Shown here piece after piece: positions 32,085 to 45,442 of a DNA stretch of 64,000 nt. This DNA is from the human T2T-CHM13v2.0 reference genome, Homo sapiens. How positions within the stretch are numbered: position 1 is the first letter of the stretch; every line of letters begins with the position of its first letter. The stretch lies in NCBI RefSeq assembly GCF_009914755.1, contig NC_060927.1; one strand, 5' to 3'. The translations under genes were made by a program, and so were the position numbers. The notes beneath the pieces are model-generated. The model saw only the letters and a program-made list of their open reading frames with translations. It did no database searches and had not been told where the DNA came from.

Positions 32085-33101
32085 TTACAATTTGGCATGT
32101 TTTTGCAGTGGCTGGTACTGGTTGTTCCTTTTCATGTTGAGTGCTTCCTTCAGGAGCTCTTTTAGGGCAGGCCTGGTGGTGACAATATGTCTCAGCATTT
32201 GCTTGTCTGTAAAGTATTTCATTTCTCCTTCACTTATGAAGCTTAGTTTGGCTGGATAGGAAATTCTGGGCTGAAAATTCTTTTCTTTAAGAATGTTGAA
32301 TATTGGCCTCCACTCTCTTCTGGCTTGTAGAGCTTCTGCGGAGTGATCAGCTGTTAGTCTGATGGGCTTCCCTTTGTGAGTAACCTGACCTTTCTCTCTG
32401 ACTGCCCTTAACATTTTTTCTTTCATTTCAACTTTGGTGAATCTGACAATTATGTGTCTTGGAGTTGCTCTTCTCAAGGAGTATCTTTTTGGTGTTCTCT
32501 ATATTTCCTGAATTTGAATGTTGGCCTGCCTTACTAGATTGGGAAAGCTCTCCTGGATAATATCCTGCAGAGTGTTTTCCAACTTGGTTCCATTCTCCCC
32601 GTCACTTTCAGGTACACCAGTCAGATGTAGATTTGGTCTTTTCACATAGTCCCATATTTCTTGGAGGCTTTGTTCATTTCTTTTTATTCTTTTTTCTCTA
32701 AACTTCTCTTCTCACTTCATTTCATTCATTTGATCTTCCATCACTGATACACTTTCTTCCAGTTGATTGAATCGGCTACTGAGGCTTGTGCATTCGTCAC
32801 ATAGTTCTCGTGCCGTGGTTTTCAGCTCCATCAGGTCCTTTAAAGACTTCTCTGCATTGGTTATTCTAGTTAGCCATTTGTCTAATTTTTTTTCAAGGTT
32901 TTTAACCTCTTTGCTATGGGTTCGAACTTCCTCCTTTAGCTCGGAGTAGTTTGATCGTCTGAAGCCTTCTTCTCTCAACTAGTCATAGTCATTCTCCATC
33001 CAGCTTTGTTCCATTACTGGTGAGGAGCTGCGTTCCTTTGGAGGAGGAGAGGTGCTCTGATTTTTAGAGTTTCCAGTTTTTCTGCTCTGTTTTTTCCCCA
33101 T
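32085..33101 (-). pseudogene. L1 ORF1p, disrupted
   Basis: MGKKQSRK start at 33101; stops at 32979 and 32712; C-terminus ...QPLQKHAKL. Confidence 0.92.
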
Positions 33102-34256
33102 CTTTGTGGTTTTATCTACCTTTGGTCTTTGATGATGGTGACGTACAGATGGGGTTTTGGTGTGGCTGTCCTGTTTGTTAGTTTTCCTTCTAACAGTCAG
33201 GATCCTCAACTGCAGGTCTGTTGGAGTTTGCTGGAGGTCCACTCCAGACGCTGTTTGCCTGGGTATCAGCAGCAGAGGCTGCAGAACAGCGGATATTGGT
33301 GAACAGCAAATGTTGCTGCCTGATCGTTGCTCTGGAAGTTTTGTCTCAGAGTACTCAGCCGTGTGAGGTGTCAGTCTGCCCCTACTGGGGGGTGCCTCCC
33401 AGTTAGGCTACTCGGGGGTCAGGGACCCATTTGAAGAGGCAGTCTGTCTGTTCTCAGATCTCCAGCTGCATGCTGGGAGAACCACTACTCTCTTAAAAGC
33501 TGTCAGACAGGGACATTTAAGTCTGCAGAGGTTTCTGCTGCCTTTTGTTTGGCTATGCCCTGCCCCCAGAGGTGGTCTACAGAGGCAGGCAGGCCTCCTT
33601 GAGCTGTGGTGGGCTCCACCCAGTTTGAGCTTCCCAGCCACTTTGTTTACCTACTCAAGCCCAGCAATGCAGGCGCCCCTCCCTCAGCCTCGCTGCTACC
33701 TTGCAGTTTGATCTCAGACTGCTGTGCTAGCAATGAGCAAGGCTCCGTGGGTGTAGGACCCTCCAAGCCAGGCAGGGGATATTATCTCCTGGTGTGCCAT
33801 TTGCTAAGACCGTTGGAAAAGCACAGTATTAGGGTGGGAGTGACCTGATTTTCCAGGTGCCATCTGTCACCCCTTTCTTTGACTAGGAAAGGGAGTTCCC
33901 TGACCCCTTGCACTTCCTGGGTGAGGCAATGCCTTGCCCTGCTTCAGCTCACACTCGGTGCACCACACCCACTGTCCAACACTCCCCAGTGAGATGAACC
34001 TGGTACCTCAGTTGGAAATGCAGAAATCACTCGTCTTCTGCGTCGCTCACACTGGGAGCTGTAGACAGGAGCTGTTCCTATTCGGCCATTTTGGCTCCAC
34101 CAAATATACTTTTTCTAAAATGTATTTCTCAACTATTTCTGTATAAGCTTGAGGCACAAAATATATTATATAAAATAATTTTATTTCACATCTGAAACAA
34201 AACACTTCTCAACTTACTTTTAAATTATTGTGTTTTCTTTTTCATTAATTTACTAC

Positions 34257-34470
34257 ATTTTTTAAACTTTTAAGTTTAGGGGTACATGTGCAGGTTTTTT
34301 ACATAGGTTAACTTGTGCCATTGGGGTTTGTTGTACAGATTATTTCATCACCCAGGTATTAAGCCTATTACCCATTAGTTATTTTTCCAGATCCTCTCTC
34401 TCCTTCCATCCTCCACCCTCTGTAGCCCCTAGTGTGTGCTGTTCCTCTCTATGTTTCCATGTGTTCTCAT
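34257..34470 (-). mobile_element. Older L1PA (about PA13-16) 3' end
   Basis: ttttaagtttaggggtacatgtgcagg...gttgtacagattatttcatcacccaggtattaagcc. Confidence 0.85.
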
Positions 34471-35739
34471 CAATGATTGTGTGATTTATTTCCTCCAAGA
34501 GTCCATTAGGCCAAGTAGTGTAAATTATACAACACATAGGTGTCGAATATTTGATTTGTATTCATTATATGATAGTAAAAATATGCTTAGTTATATTTAC
34601 TTTCTAACCTTTATACATGGTTCCCAATATGTATCACAATTTGGGCTTCAGCGATACTGCTTGCCACATTGCTAAATTCTCTGCATACTTATTGCTGAAA
34701 GACGACATACCTGCCTCACCACATAGCAATTTCTATCAATACATTTCCCTATTAAACCATCAAAATAATTTTATACATATATTTGTAAATATAGCATTTG
34801 AAAACATTGTAGCTCTCTGGTTGTAAGATATTTTTGAAAGACAGGTCCACTGTATTTTGAGGATTGGTTCATCTGTTTGTGTTTTCAAATCCCCAGATAA
34901 TTACCTCAAAAGTAAAACCATAATGAACCTGATCTTTATTCCATTCTTCTAATATAGCCTTCTACCTCACAGCCTGAGAAACTCAGTGAAAAGAAGAAAG
35001 TTATTATTCATTGAAGATGATTAAAGCAGTCCCTGTGAATTCTTTCTTTAAAAGTGAACAAGACAGCAAATATTTGGTGTGTTTGAAAGAATACTACTGA
35101 AATCCAAGATAAGAAGAGGCACTGAAAATATTTTGAGATGCAGCCCCCAGCCTTTAGAATGAGTGTTTCCTTTTCATCACAGATAAGTTATGTTATATTC
35201 TATAGCAATATAACAAAATATTATCATATTACTTATCCATTTTGTATAGCCACAAAGAATGATGAGCTTTTTTTACTGATAATGTCAAGCCAAAATAACT
35301 ATTCAATGAGGGAAAAAAGGAAGATAATCGATACTTCAGCCTATCTACTATCTTTTTTCTAGCCATCACAATTACTCCTCTACATATTTTTTCTTTCCTT
35401 CTCTCCCTAATTCTGGCTTTCTCTTTCCATCACCTGTAAATCAAACATGAAAAATTTAAAAAACATATATTATCTCAACCTTTAAGGAGCTTAGAACCTC
35501 AAAGAGTAAATATAAATGATTAAAATAAACTGCATTGAGGTTTGGGCAAAAGATTATGATAGGGTAAAAGATAGGATAGAAGCAAAGTATCATAGGAGTA
35601 GAGAGAGGAAGTCACCACCAACTGAGATCTGAAGGGTGAGTCTGAGTCCGATGAAGAGGGAGGGGCTCCTGGGTGAGGAGAGTGTGGGCATTCCAGATAA
35701 CAAAAGAAATTAAGTGAGGCTTAAAGATAGAGATAAAAC

Positions 35740-36105
35740 TGTGGTAGTGTCTGCCAGCTGTGTGCTACAATTCATTTTGTCTCCTTCCTGGACATTCATC
35801 AACACTATTTCCCAGCTTCTCTCTCAATTTTGTATTTAGGTGTGGCTTGTGACAATTTCCCACCAATAAAATGTGAGCAGAAATGATGTATATTACTTCT
35901 GAGCCAAACCCACCCTCCCTTTCACATTTGTCAGTTAAATACCAAAATGTACCTTCAGGATGGCAGAGTCACAAGACGGGAAGAACCTCTGTTCCTGAGA
36001 CACTGTCAGAAGAAGGCCTCGCCCCTCTATGCACTATTATCTAAACAAGAAGTACACATCCATTGTGTTTAAGCCATTACACATTTGTCCTATCTCAGCT
36101 AACAT
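35740..36105 (+). mobile_element. Old MLT1 LTR nested in L2 remnants (~35560-36230)
   Basis: tttcccagcttc...aggtgtggcttgtgac...aatgtgagcagaaatgatgt...tgtgtttaagccat. Confidence 0.6.
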
Positions 36106-36405
36106 AGGGGCTAAATGGTGGTAGTCATGGGGGAGACTTGCAGGCTAGATTAAAGCATTTGATCTTTATTATAAGGGCAATAAGGAGCCACTGAAGGGCT
36201 TTTAATTGGAAAGTGTCATGTTCAAAACACCGGTTATCTTCAATTAGCTTTAATGAAGATGAATATATAGCCATTGTTTTAAATAATTCAGGTAATTTTC
36301 CCCAGACTCCTGCCCTTCTCACATGATAAATAATATATGCATGATTTACTCGATTTACTCAAATAGTTTTAGTAAATCATTGTATGCAAAATGATAGCCC
36401 ATCTT

Positions 36406-36718
36406 TTATTTATTTATTTATTTTTATTTTTTGATGAAGTCTCGCTGTGTTGCCCAGGCTGGAGTTCATTGCGCAATCTTGGCTCACTGCAACATCCTCC
36501 TCCCTCGTTCTAGCAATTCCTCTGCCTCAGCCTCCCGAGTAGCTGGGATTACAGGTGCACACCACCATGCCTGGCTAATTTTTTTCTGTGTTTTTAATAG
36601 AGATGGTGTTTCACCGTGTTGGTCAGACTGGTCTCGAACTCCTGACCTCAGGCAATCCTACCCGCCTCAGCCACCCAAAGTGCTGGAATTACCAGCGTGA
36701 GCCACTGTGCCCAGACCC
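36406..36718 (-). mobile_element. AluS
   Basis: Full Alu; TSD atagcccatctt at 36394-36405 and 36719-36730. Confidence 0.95.
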
Positions 36719-37070
36719 ATAGCCCATCTTGATACAGATAATAATCATAAATATCTGGAGTTGAAAGGATTTAATAGATAATTTTCTCATAGTCCATTAT
36801 TTTACAGAAAAAAAGAACCATAAAGGTGAGATGCTCAAAGTCACGAGTGGTTGTTAAGAGCAAAGTGTGAGATTAGGAACTACAACCAAATTCTTTTGCT
36901 ATCATTCCAAGGCTTTTTACACTTTGTTTAGCTGTTTTAATTTCTTTAGCCCAAGTACTTGAAACCTATCAGATTACTCTGGGGACATGAATTAAATGAT
37001 TAGCCACTAAAAAGTTAAAGTTTTGCACTAAAAATAAATAAACTATCAAGCCATTAAAAGATGTGGAGAA

Positions 37071-38069
37071 TCTTTTTTCCATTTATGTAAAAAATATCAT
37101 TGGTATTTTGATAAAGAATGCATTAAATCTGTGGATCTCTTTGGGTGGGTATGGCAACTTTAGCAATATTAATTCATCCAATCTATGAATGCAGGATGTC
37201 TTTCCATTTATTTGTGTCCTCTTCAATTTTTTCATCAATGTTTTATAATTTTCAGTGTAGAGATCTTTCACGTCCTTGCTTAAGGTAAGGCATCTTACTT
37301 TTTTGTAGCTAGGTAAATGGGATTTTTAAAAATTTCTTTTTCAGATGGTTCACTATTAGCATGTAGAACCACAAAGGAGCTAGAATAGCCAAAGCATCCT
37401 GAACAGAAAGAACAAAGTAGGAGGCATCACACTACGTCTTTCAAAATATACTATAAATCTATAGTAACCAAAATAGCATGGTACTAGCATAAAGGCAGAC
37501 ACATAAACCAAAGGAGTAGAATGAGGCCCCAGATATGGATTCATACACCTACAGCCACCTAATTTTTTACAAACATGCCAAGAACACACACTGATGCAAA
37601 GATAGTCGCTTTAAAAAATGATACTGGGAAAATTGGATACCCACATGCAGAAGAGTGAGACTAGACCCCTACCTGTCACCATATACAAAAAACAACTAAA
37701 AATGAATTAGACTTAAATGTAAAACCCAAGAATGTGAAATTAATAGAACAAAACATAGGAGAAATACTTTATGGCTTTGGGCAGGGATAACAGACTTTTG
37801 AATGTTCTTACCACAAAAAAATTATAAATTCATGCGGTGACAGATACACTAAATACTCTGATTTAATCATTACACAACATATACACATTCTGAAACATCA
37901 AATTGTACTCCATAAATATGTACAATTATAATGTGTCAATTTTAAGAAATAATAAGAACACCCAAGGACATAAAAAAGCAATTTATAAAAGAAGAAGTAT
38001 GCTTACTTTATAATTTATTACCTCTGAAAGAATCAAACATCTATTCAAAGCTAAATGAAAACCCCCCAA
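37071..38069 (+). mobile_element. L1MA-type insertion with 5' inversion, internal deletion and possible 3' transduction
   Basis: Minus ORF2 piece 37073-37368, plus piece 37369-37790, L1MA 3' end to ~37958; decayed TSD aaaaga(tg/ca)tggag. Confidence 0.7.
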
Positions 38070-38520
38070 AAAAGACATGGAGGAAACTTAAATGCATATT
38101 AGTAAGTGAAGAAAACCAATCTGAAAAGGCTATGGACTGTGTGATTACAATTATATGACATTCTGGAAAAGGGAAAACTATGGAGACCCTAAAAATAATC
38201 AGCTTTTGCTGAGGAAAGAGGTAAAGAGGGATGACTAGGTGAAGCATAGAGGATTTTAGGGCAGTGTAACTACTCTCTATGATACTATAATGGTAAATAA
38301 ATATCATTATACCTCCATCCAATGCCAAGAGTGAATGATAATGATATGTCAATATAGGATCATCAGTTATAACAAATGTACTACTCTGGTGGGAGATACT
38401 GATTATGGGGAGGCTATGTATAAGTAGGGGCAGGCAGCATATGGAAAAATCTCTGTATTTTCTTCTCAATTTTGCTGTGAATCTAAAACTGCTCTAAAAA
38501 ATAAAGTCTATTTTCTAAAA
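38070..38520 (+). mobile_element. L1MC-type 3' end (host of the L1MA insertion)
   Basis: aaagacatggaggaaacttaaatgcatatt...ctcaattttgctgtgaatctaaaactgctctaaaaaataaagtc. Confidence 0.85.
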
Positions 38521-39707
38521 AGTTATAATTTTGGCAATAGCATTATATTTATGAATTTGGAAATATCTATGGAATTTTAAGAATATAGAAATACAATAAA
38601 TTATTTCTTCTGCCTTTGATTAATTGAGACTTCGTTGAACTAAAATGAATGAAATATTTTTACACCTTACATCTCCTTACAAACAACGTCTCTATATCAG
38701 TTAAAGAAAGTATTGTGATGACAATTTTCTATCTTTGTCTTTAAAATGTTATGTGTTCATAATCTGACTCTTCTGTACATCTTCCTATACTCATTTCCTA
38801 GTCTTGAAGGGAATTGCCACAGCCCCTAAGTGTTACTCTGCTGCCGTTTGTAGAATACCTGATGTGACTGAATTGACTTAGATCGGCATTTTGCCTGTGC
38901 TGCCAAATAATAAGAGATAAAAGGCACTCTGTTGAGGAAGTTGGTTTTTAATTTTCCTGGAGTAACTAAAAGCCCATGGCTGTTACTGGTAAGAATGATA
39001 GAAATATATCCATCTGCAAATATAAGTATAAGAGAGATGAATATATCAAATAAAAATGAAGGAACATTAGAGTAGCTTACAGATCAGTAAATAAGAGACT
39101 ATAATAAAGCACATGATGGCACATATTAAGAAAGTATTAGCCAGTGTGGACATTTTCCTGCAATTGATATTAATTTGGTGCCAATACAGATCCAAAGAAG
39201 GAAAAACAATCTTAGTCTCTAATGGCAAACTGGAAACTAATGGAAATAATATGTGTAATGTGTGTTAAAACTTCTGAATAGCACAGTTGCATTTAGCTCT
39301 TTATCTTCTAATCTCATAAACACAAAGGTATAATCCATAATTAATTGTAAATAAATGAATCAGTCTAAATCTATATATTTAAAATATATAGTATAAATAT
39401 TTTAAAATTACATGTACTATATATTTAAATATATAGCATACAAATATTTTTATTTATATAAATATATAAATATATAAATAAATAAATATATTTATTTACA
39501 TATAATAAACATATATTTATTATATATAAATAAAATATTATATATAAAATGGAATATCCACCTTTAATGGTGCCTTAGGTTATATACTATACATATATAT
39601 ATATAGTATATAGTATATACTTCTACCTAAAATAATGACTATATGTGTGTGTACAAAATATGTAATTAGAAAATATACATCTCTTTGAGTAGTGATATTT
39701 CAGTTAA

Positions 39708-39875
39708 TCTACATGTTAATGGAATATCCGCCTTTACTGGTGCTTTAGGTTATATATTATATATATAATGATTTATATATCATATCTATAACCTAAAGGA
39801 TATAACATATATATATATATATATATTATATAACCTAAAGCACCAGTAAAGGTGGATACTCCATTAACATGTAGA
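39708..39875. repeat. Inverted repeat with ~49-bp arms around a TA-rich spacer; third direct copy at ~39548-39590
   Basis: tctacatgttaatggaatatccgcctttactggtgctttaggttatata versus tatataacctaaagcaccagtaaaggtggatactccattaacatgtaga (2 mismatches). Confidence 0.95.
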
Positions 39876-41641
39876 AATCATTTCAAAGTAAACTTGAAAT
39901 AACAAGTGATTCTAGTCTTTCAACATTGTATGGCTCATGATGGTAGGTTCAAGAATAGGTTATACCCATCTGCACATTGAACATGCTTTTACAAATGAAC
40001 ATTGAATACATTAGGAATGGCAAACATATTGATAATATGTATGACAGCCAAATCTGAGAGAACAGGAAGTTGACCTAGGATAAGAGATGTAGGAATTGCA
40101 GAAAGAGAAACATTCAGTGTAATTCTAACTTTGGGTGAGAAAGCTGTCGATTCCTCATTTTCCTTACGTGTAAAATGGTCATGATCATAACTATCTTATA
40201 AGTTTTATGTGAGAATTAGAAATTGTACACACCCACATACAACACGTGATGTCTGGCATCGTATCTGGTACATGGCAGGCATCTTAAACACGGTAGCCTA
40301 ATTATCATTATTATTAATATTATTTTTGGATTACAATTATTGTCACTTTAAGCACCACAGATCAAAGTTCTCATTCAGTTCGTCGATACACTGTTTCTTT
40401 CAGAATGAATGGTAAATGACATGAATATTTAACTGAAAGATTACTACTTGAAGAGATGTACATGTTCTAATTATATATTATGTGCACATATATAGTCATT
40501 ACTTTAGGTAGAAGAATATACATATTTTATTCTACTAGGATTAAAATAAATGATATTATGCTACAGAAGTATGGTTACTAATTACTTGATTATTTCATAA
40601 GAAAAAAATAATTTGCCACAGCTGTTATCTGAAGTTTGAAAACTTTTTGCGAAAGCTGTATGAAAGTGTTCTTCATTTTACAAGAATGAATAAAAGGTAG
40701 TTAACTTAAAAAAAAATGCTTCAAGCATATTATTTCATGATGGCCCTGGAGAGTATTGGACAGAAAGTTCAGGATAAACTATAAAAGGCAGTGTGAAGAG
40801 ACGGGGCTGGTGAAAGGGGCCAAGGGGCTATGGGGCCATGTGAATCCATGTGGAAAAATGATCGGTGCTGGAGAAGGTTAAATTCTCAGTCCCTGAAGTC
40901 TCGCTGTTGTGGCTACAGCCCAAGAAAGTTAATGAAAGAAAGGAGCACTGACAACTCCTGCTGCTTCGACAGGAGCTTACCACCTCATTACTGGCCAGAT
41001 TCTTACAACCAAAAGAAAAGAATACTTCTGCCAAGAAAAAGAGTAAGAGCTAGAGTGAGAGAGTCATCCAAGCAAAGCATTGCTGATATTGGGTGAGGAT
41101 CAAAGTAATATCAAACAAAGAGAACTGGACAAGAAATAGCTGAGCCAAGAGCTATGACCAGACTAGACAAGTATCCAAACCCTAGGCAGGAGACATGGAA
41201 AGGACAGTTAAATCTCTTAGTCCTCCCTGCAGCACAGGAAAAAGTAAATGAAGTGACACCATCTGCTCACTTTCCCAAAAGAGAGAGTTTCAACTCCTCA
41301 TGGTTAGCAAGGCAAACACTTTCAGAAACATTATTCTAATTGCAAATGATTAGAAATGATTCCTAGAAGTGAAGACTTAACTCACAGTGTGCCTGATTAA
41401 TGAACATTTTCTGCACATCCCACTGCACCTTGAGTTTACTTTGAGAGCACTGGCTAGAGACAGTTTCTGAGGCTTTGAAAACATCCTCTTAAAGATAATA
41501 GGATGTTACACTTTTTCTCTCTGTTTCTCGAAGCATACAAATACATGATTTTTTTTTCCCTAAAGCACCATAGGAAATCACAGTGTTCTTTCAAGACTAG
41601 CAAATGCAGTTTTTGTTTCAGGTTTGGGGAAGGGGGTTTTG

Positions 41642-41643
<2 letters not shown>

Positions 41644-41676
<33 letters not shown>
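41644..41676. repeat. (GT)n microsatellite
   Basis: Read directly. Confidence 0.95.
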
Positions 41677-41679
<3 letters not shown>

Positions 41680-41819
41680 CAAACTGGAGATGTGAGGGGC
41701 GTACAGATCCACTAAAATTAAATGTTAAAACATAAATGTAAATATATATATAGTAATACCTTCCATGGAGATATATTTCTTGCTGTAGATTTAGATATTT
41801 AACTCCTAGTGTCATCTCT

Positions 41820-42720
41820 TTCAGGAGTAGATCATCACTATACCAAAGTTAAAACTGACAATACCAAGCATTGGTGGAGAAGTGGAGCAAACAGAACTCT
41901 CATACATTGCTGGTGGATGTAAATTCAGAAAGCTGTTTGGTAGTATCTAGCAAATCGGAACCTAAACTCTCTCTCTGTCCCAGCAATTACATAATTCAGT
42001 ATAAGCATAAACAAAACACATATGTATATGTACCTCAAAAGACATGAACTAGAATTTTTTTAGAATTATTAATCAAACTGGAGACAATGCCAACAGAAGA
42101 CTGGATAAATGAACTGCGGTATATTCTCAAAATAGAATACTGCACAGCATGGGTTGGCAAAATATGACCCACGAACCAAATCTGGCCCACCACCTGCTGT
42201 TGTAAATAAAGTTTTATTAGAACACAGACTTGTTTATTAACTTATATATTGTCTACTGTTGCTCTCATATTATCACATGCTACAAGGGCAGAATTGAGGA
42301 GTTGTGATAGGTACCATACAGTCCCCAAAACACAAATATTTACCATATTTACTTTTTATAGAAAAGTTTTGCCGACTGCTGCTCTCCAGCAAAAAACATA
42401 ATGAGCTATTGTTATAGTCAACAACACGGATAATCCTCACAAACAAAATATTGAGTAAAAGCAGCCAGATATCATGGTGAACTTACTGTTTGATTTCATT
42501 TATATAAAATTCAAAAGCATATAAAGTTAATCTATGGTAATGGATGTCAAAAAAATTACATTTGTTGGGGGATTAAGGTCTAAAAGGAGCATGAGGCACC
42601 TTTTAGTACTGCCTCTATATGAATAATGGTTTCATGACTGTGTTTATTTGTGAAAAATGACTTACAACTTGTGAACTTTCCTGTATATTTCAAAAACTTT
42701 GCTTACAAAAGTAAAAAAAA
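41820..42720 (+). mobile_element. L1ME-type 3' fragment
   Basis: aaactgacaataccaagcattggtggagaagtggagcaaacagaactctcatacattgctggtgg...ttcatttatataaaattcaaaa. Confidence 0.75.
42148..42382 (+). mobile_element. MER58A-like hAT MITE nested in L1ME
   Basis: gggttggcaaaatatgacccac...aaatctggcccaccacctg..tgtaaataaagttttatt...aaaagttttgccgactgctg. Confidence 0.8.
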
Positions 42721-43914
42721 GAAGTTAATCAAAATTAAAAATGAAGGCCGTTTCAATTCTGTTGAGAGTTACTTAAAATATTTTCAAGATTTTACCTGTC
42801 TCTTTTAAGGGTTGTTTCTACTAATGATAGAAAATAAATGTTAAATAACAACAAGAGAATATAAAGCCATAGATACTAAAGACGAAGCTTATTTTAAAGA
42901 TGAGAGTTATAAACTGAAAATGGACACCTTACAGTGAGTGCCTACTTAGCTTTATATAACCAAAATATATAGATGCTACTTTTTGTCTACAAATAATTTT
43001 TGAAGTTTTCTACCTGTTTTCTAAACAGCATAGAAAGTAACCCTCTAAGTTGTTCAGTTACTACATTTCCTACAATAAAACACTTAAACAGCAAAAACGA
43101 CAGGTTGTTTTTGAGGTTCTTTCACTGATATTCACTCTACCATATGTCACTTAGAATATTTAAAGTTAATTAAAATTTATTTTCTTTCTCAGATTTAATT
43201 AAAAGATACCTTTTAATTTATTAATACTAATTATGCACTTTTCTCATTGACTAGGTGAGCAGAAGTAAATAAAGTACATGACATTTCTAATTTGCATTAT
43301 TAGAAACTGCAACACTATCTAGAATTACTTATCTTTTTAAATTATGAAGTAACACAGATATAATCAAGAACGATCAATCATCTTTGGAAATCCATATGAA
43401 CTGTTTCCATTTGTGCCCTCCCTCTCTCACTTATCTTTCCTCTTTATCATTGAATCTTTAATATTACTGAAGAAATGTCACTTAAAATATAGCAGAAGCA
43501 GCTAGAAAACTTTTTTATGGAATACAAAAATCAAATGATAAATTCTCCTTTAATAAATTTTATTGCAAAGAGAGTGTTAGAAAAGCAGCTCACAGTTGCA
43601 GATGTATATCTGATTTCCTGAGATTGACTTGGTTTGTTTGTTTTCAACTTTTAAAAAAATACACAGACTATAAATATAATTTCTGTATATAAATAGTGAA
43701 ATTGAAAAGTGAAATTCAATGTTCTAAGCCCTTGAAAATCCATGAGTTCTTCTAAAAGAAGGTATTCTGATACTAGATTGTTTAATGAATCAATAACATG
43801 TCAGAAGGAAAATCAAATAATTATCCAATCTTGTGGAGGAAGAGTACCTAGATTTATGGCTGGAAGGATTTAGGACAGCTAGAAAGTTGTTAACACTTCC
43901 ACAACATGATCCGA

Positions 43915-43916
<2 letters not shown>

Positions 43917-43959
<43 letters not shown>
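43917..43959. repeat. (CA)n microsatellite
   Basis: Read directly. Confidence 0.95.
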
Positions 43960-43961
<2 letters not shown>

Positions 43962-44039
43962 GGCAGATGTTCAAATACAGAAAACTACTGAATGCCACAT
44001 AGTTTTTGAACCTTGCAGATTATCTATGTTTTCTTTTTC

Positions 44040-44260
44040 TCATCCCCCTAGAAAATAACTCACTTTTAAATTGAGTTCTAAGCCTTCCCTTTTGTAAATA
44101 CTCTCTGTTATAATTTGCTCTCCTAACTATAAGTTCCAAGAAAGCAGAGATAACATGTGTTTGCTCAATATTATGTTCCCAAGACCTGGCATTGTACCTA
44201 AAACATAGCAGGAGGTCAATGAATATTTATCATATGAAAATAAATAAATGAATGAATGAA
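44040..44260 (+). mobile_element. L2 3' end
   Basis: ctataagttccaagaaagcagaga...caatgaatattt...aataaatgaatgaatgaa. Confidence 0.65.
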
Positions 44261-45404
44261 GGCATACAAAATCAATCCTAAATAACTGCAGATGCGAAAA
44301 ACTTCAAAAAATATAAAATCATCCAGAAGTGAAATAAACAGCAAGAACAGGGAAAAGGAAGTTTTTGAGTTGCAGGTCTTGTTTATTCATCTTCAACCAC
44401 AAGTTAAATTCAATTAGAAAAATTAAGACACTAATGTTAGCAATGGCTGTTTCAAGATGATAAAGTTGAGCAATTAATGTTCTTTATATTTGTAGATGTC
44501 TATCAAATATTCTACAATAAAGTTTATTATTTTATATTCAGAAAAAGTGAAAATAAAACAAAACACTTATTTTAGCAAATACTTACTTATTGTCTAGTAT
44601 ATGTTAGGCATTGCCCAGATGTCTAGATACGGATATGAGAAAAACAAGGTCCCTGCCATTCAGAACTCAAATTTATGCAGAACACAGACAGTAAAATGAA
44701 TTATTATAAGCAGTATAATGAGTGCTACAATCGGTGTGTTCATTAAACACTAGAGAGAAAGCAATCATCTGTGCATATGTATAGCAGAGTGGAGAGGCCT
44801 GAGAAGAGTCACAAAGTGGGTGACCTGTAAACTGTTTTCTTCTAAATTATATTTAAAGAAATTACTAAATGAACTATTATGTTTAGTAAAACTGATCTTA
44901 AAACCACTGTTACATTTTTTTAGTAAAATTATGAGACCTTGAGAACATAACTATAAATAAACTAACCATTTATAATTTAAGTAATAATCACAAGCATGAA
45001 GCTAGAAAAGCACTAAGTATTTATAGATGGAGGAGAAAAGGGATTTTCCTTTTTTCAGAGAATACCAATTTTAATAAAAAATGAATGAGCTTTTATAAAT
45101 CAGTAGCTCCAAAACGTTTTCCTTTCAGAAAATGATACCTCTTTTTTTAGTGATCTCTTATAATAGAACAGTCTGATAATCTCACAACTTTGCCAGAATC
45201 AGATGAAACTAAGAGGTAAATGTTGCATTTGTTCATTCAAACAAAAACAATAAAACAGAATGAGGGAAAGAAAGAAACTTATGTTTTCTTTATTTGTCCT
45301 GCTTGTACATATGTTTTTTTTTTTAAATCCCACAATAGTGGATTAGTTTAGAATAACACTTATCTCCTCTTCCTCTTCTGGAATCTTTGAAATCAGTGGG
45401 AGCT

Positions 45405-45409
<5 letters not shown>

Positions 45410-45440
<31 letters not shown>
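45410..45440. repeat. (CA)n microsatellite
   Basis: Read directly. Confidence 0.95.
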
Positions 45441-45442
<2 letters not shown>

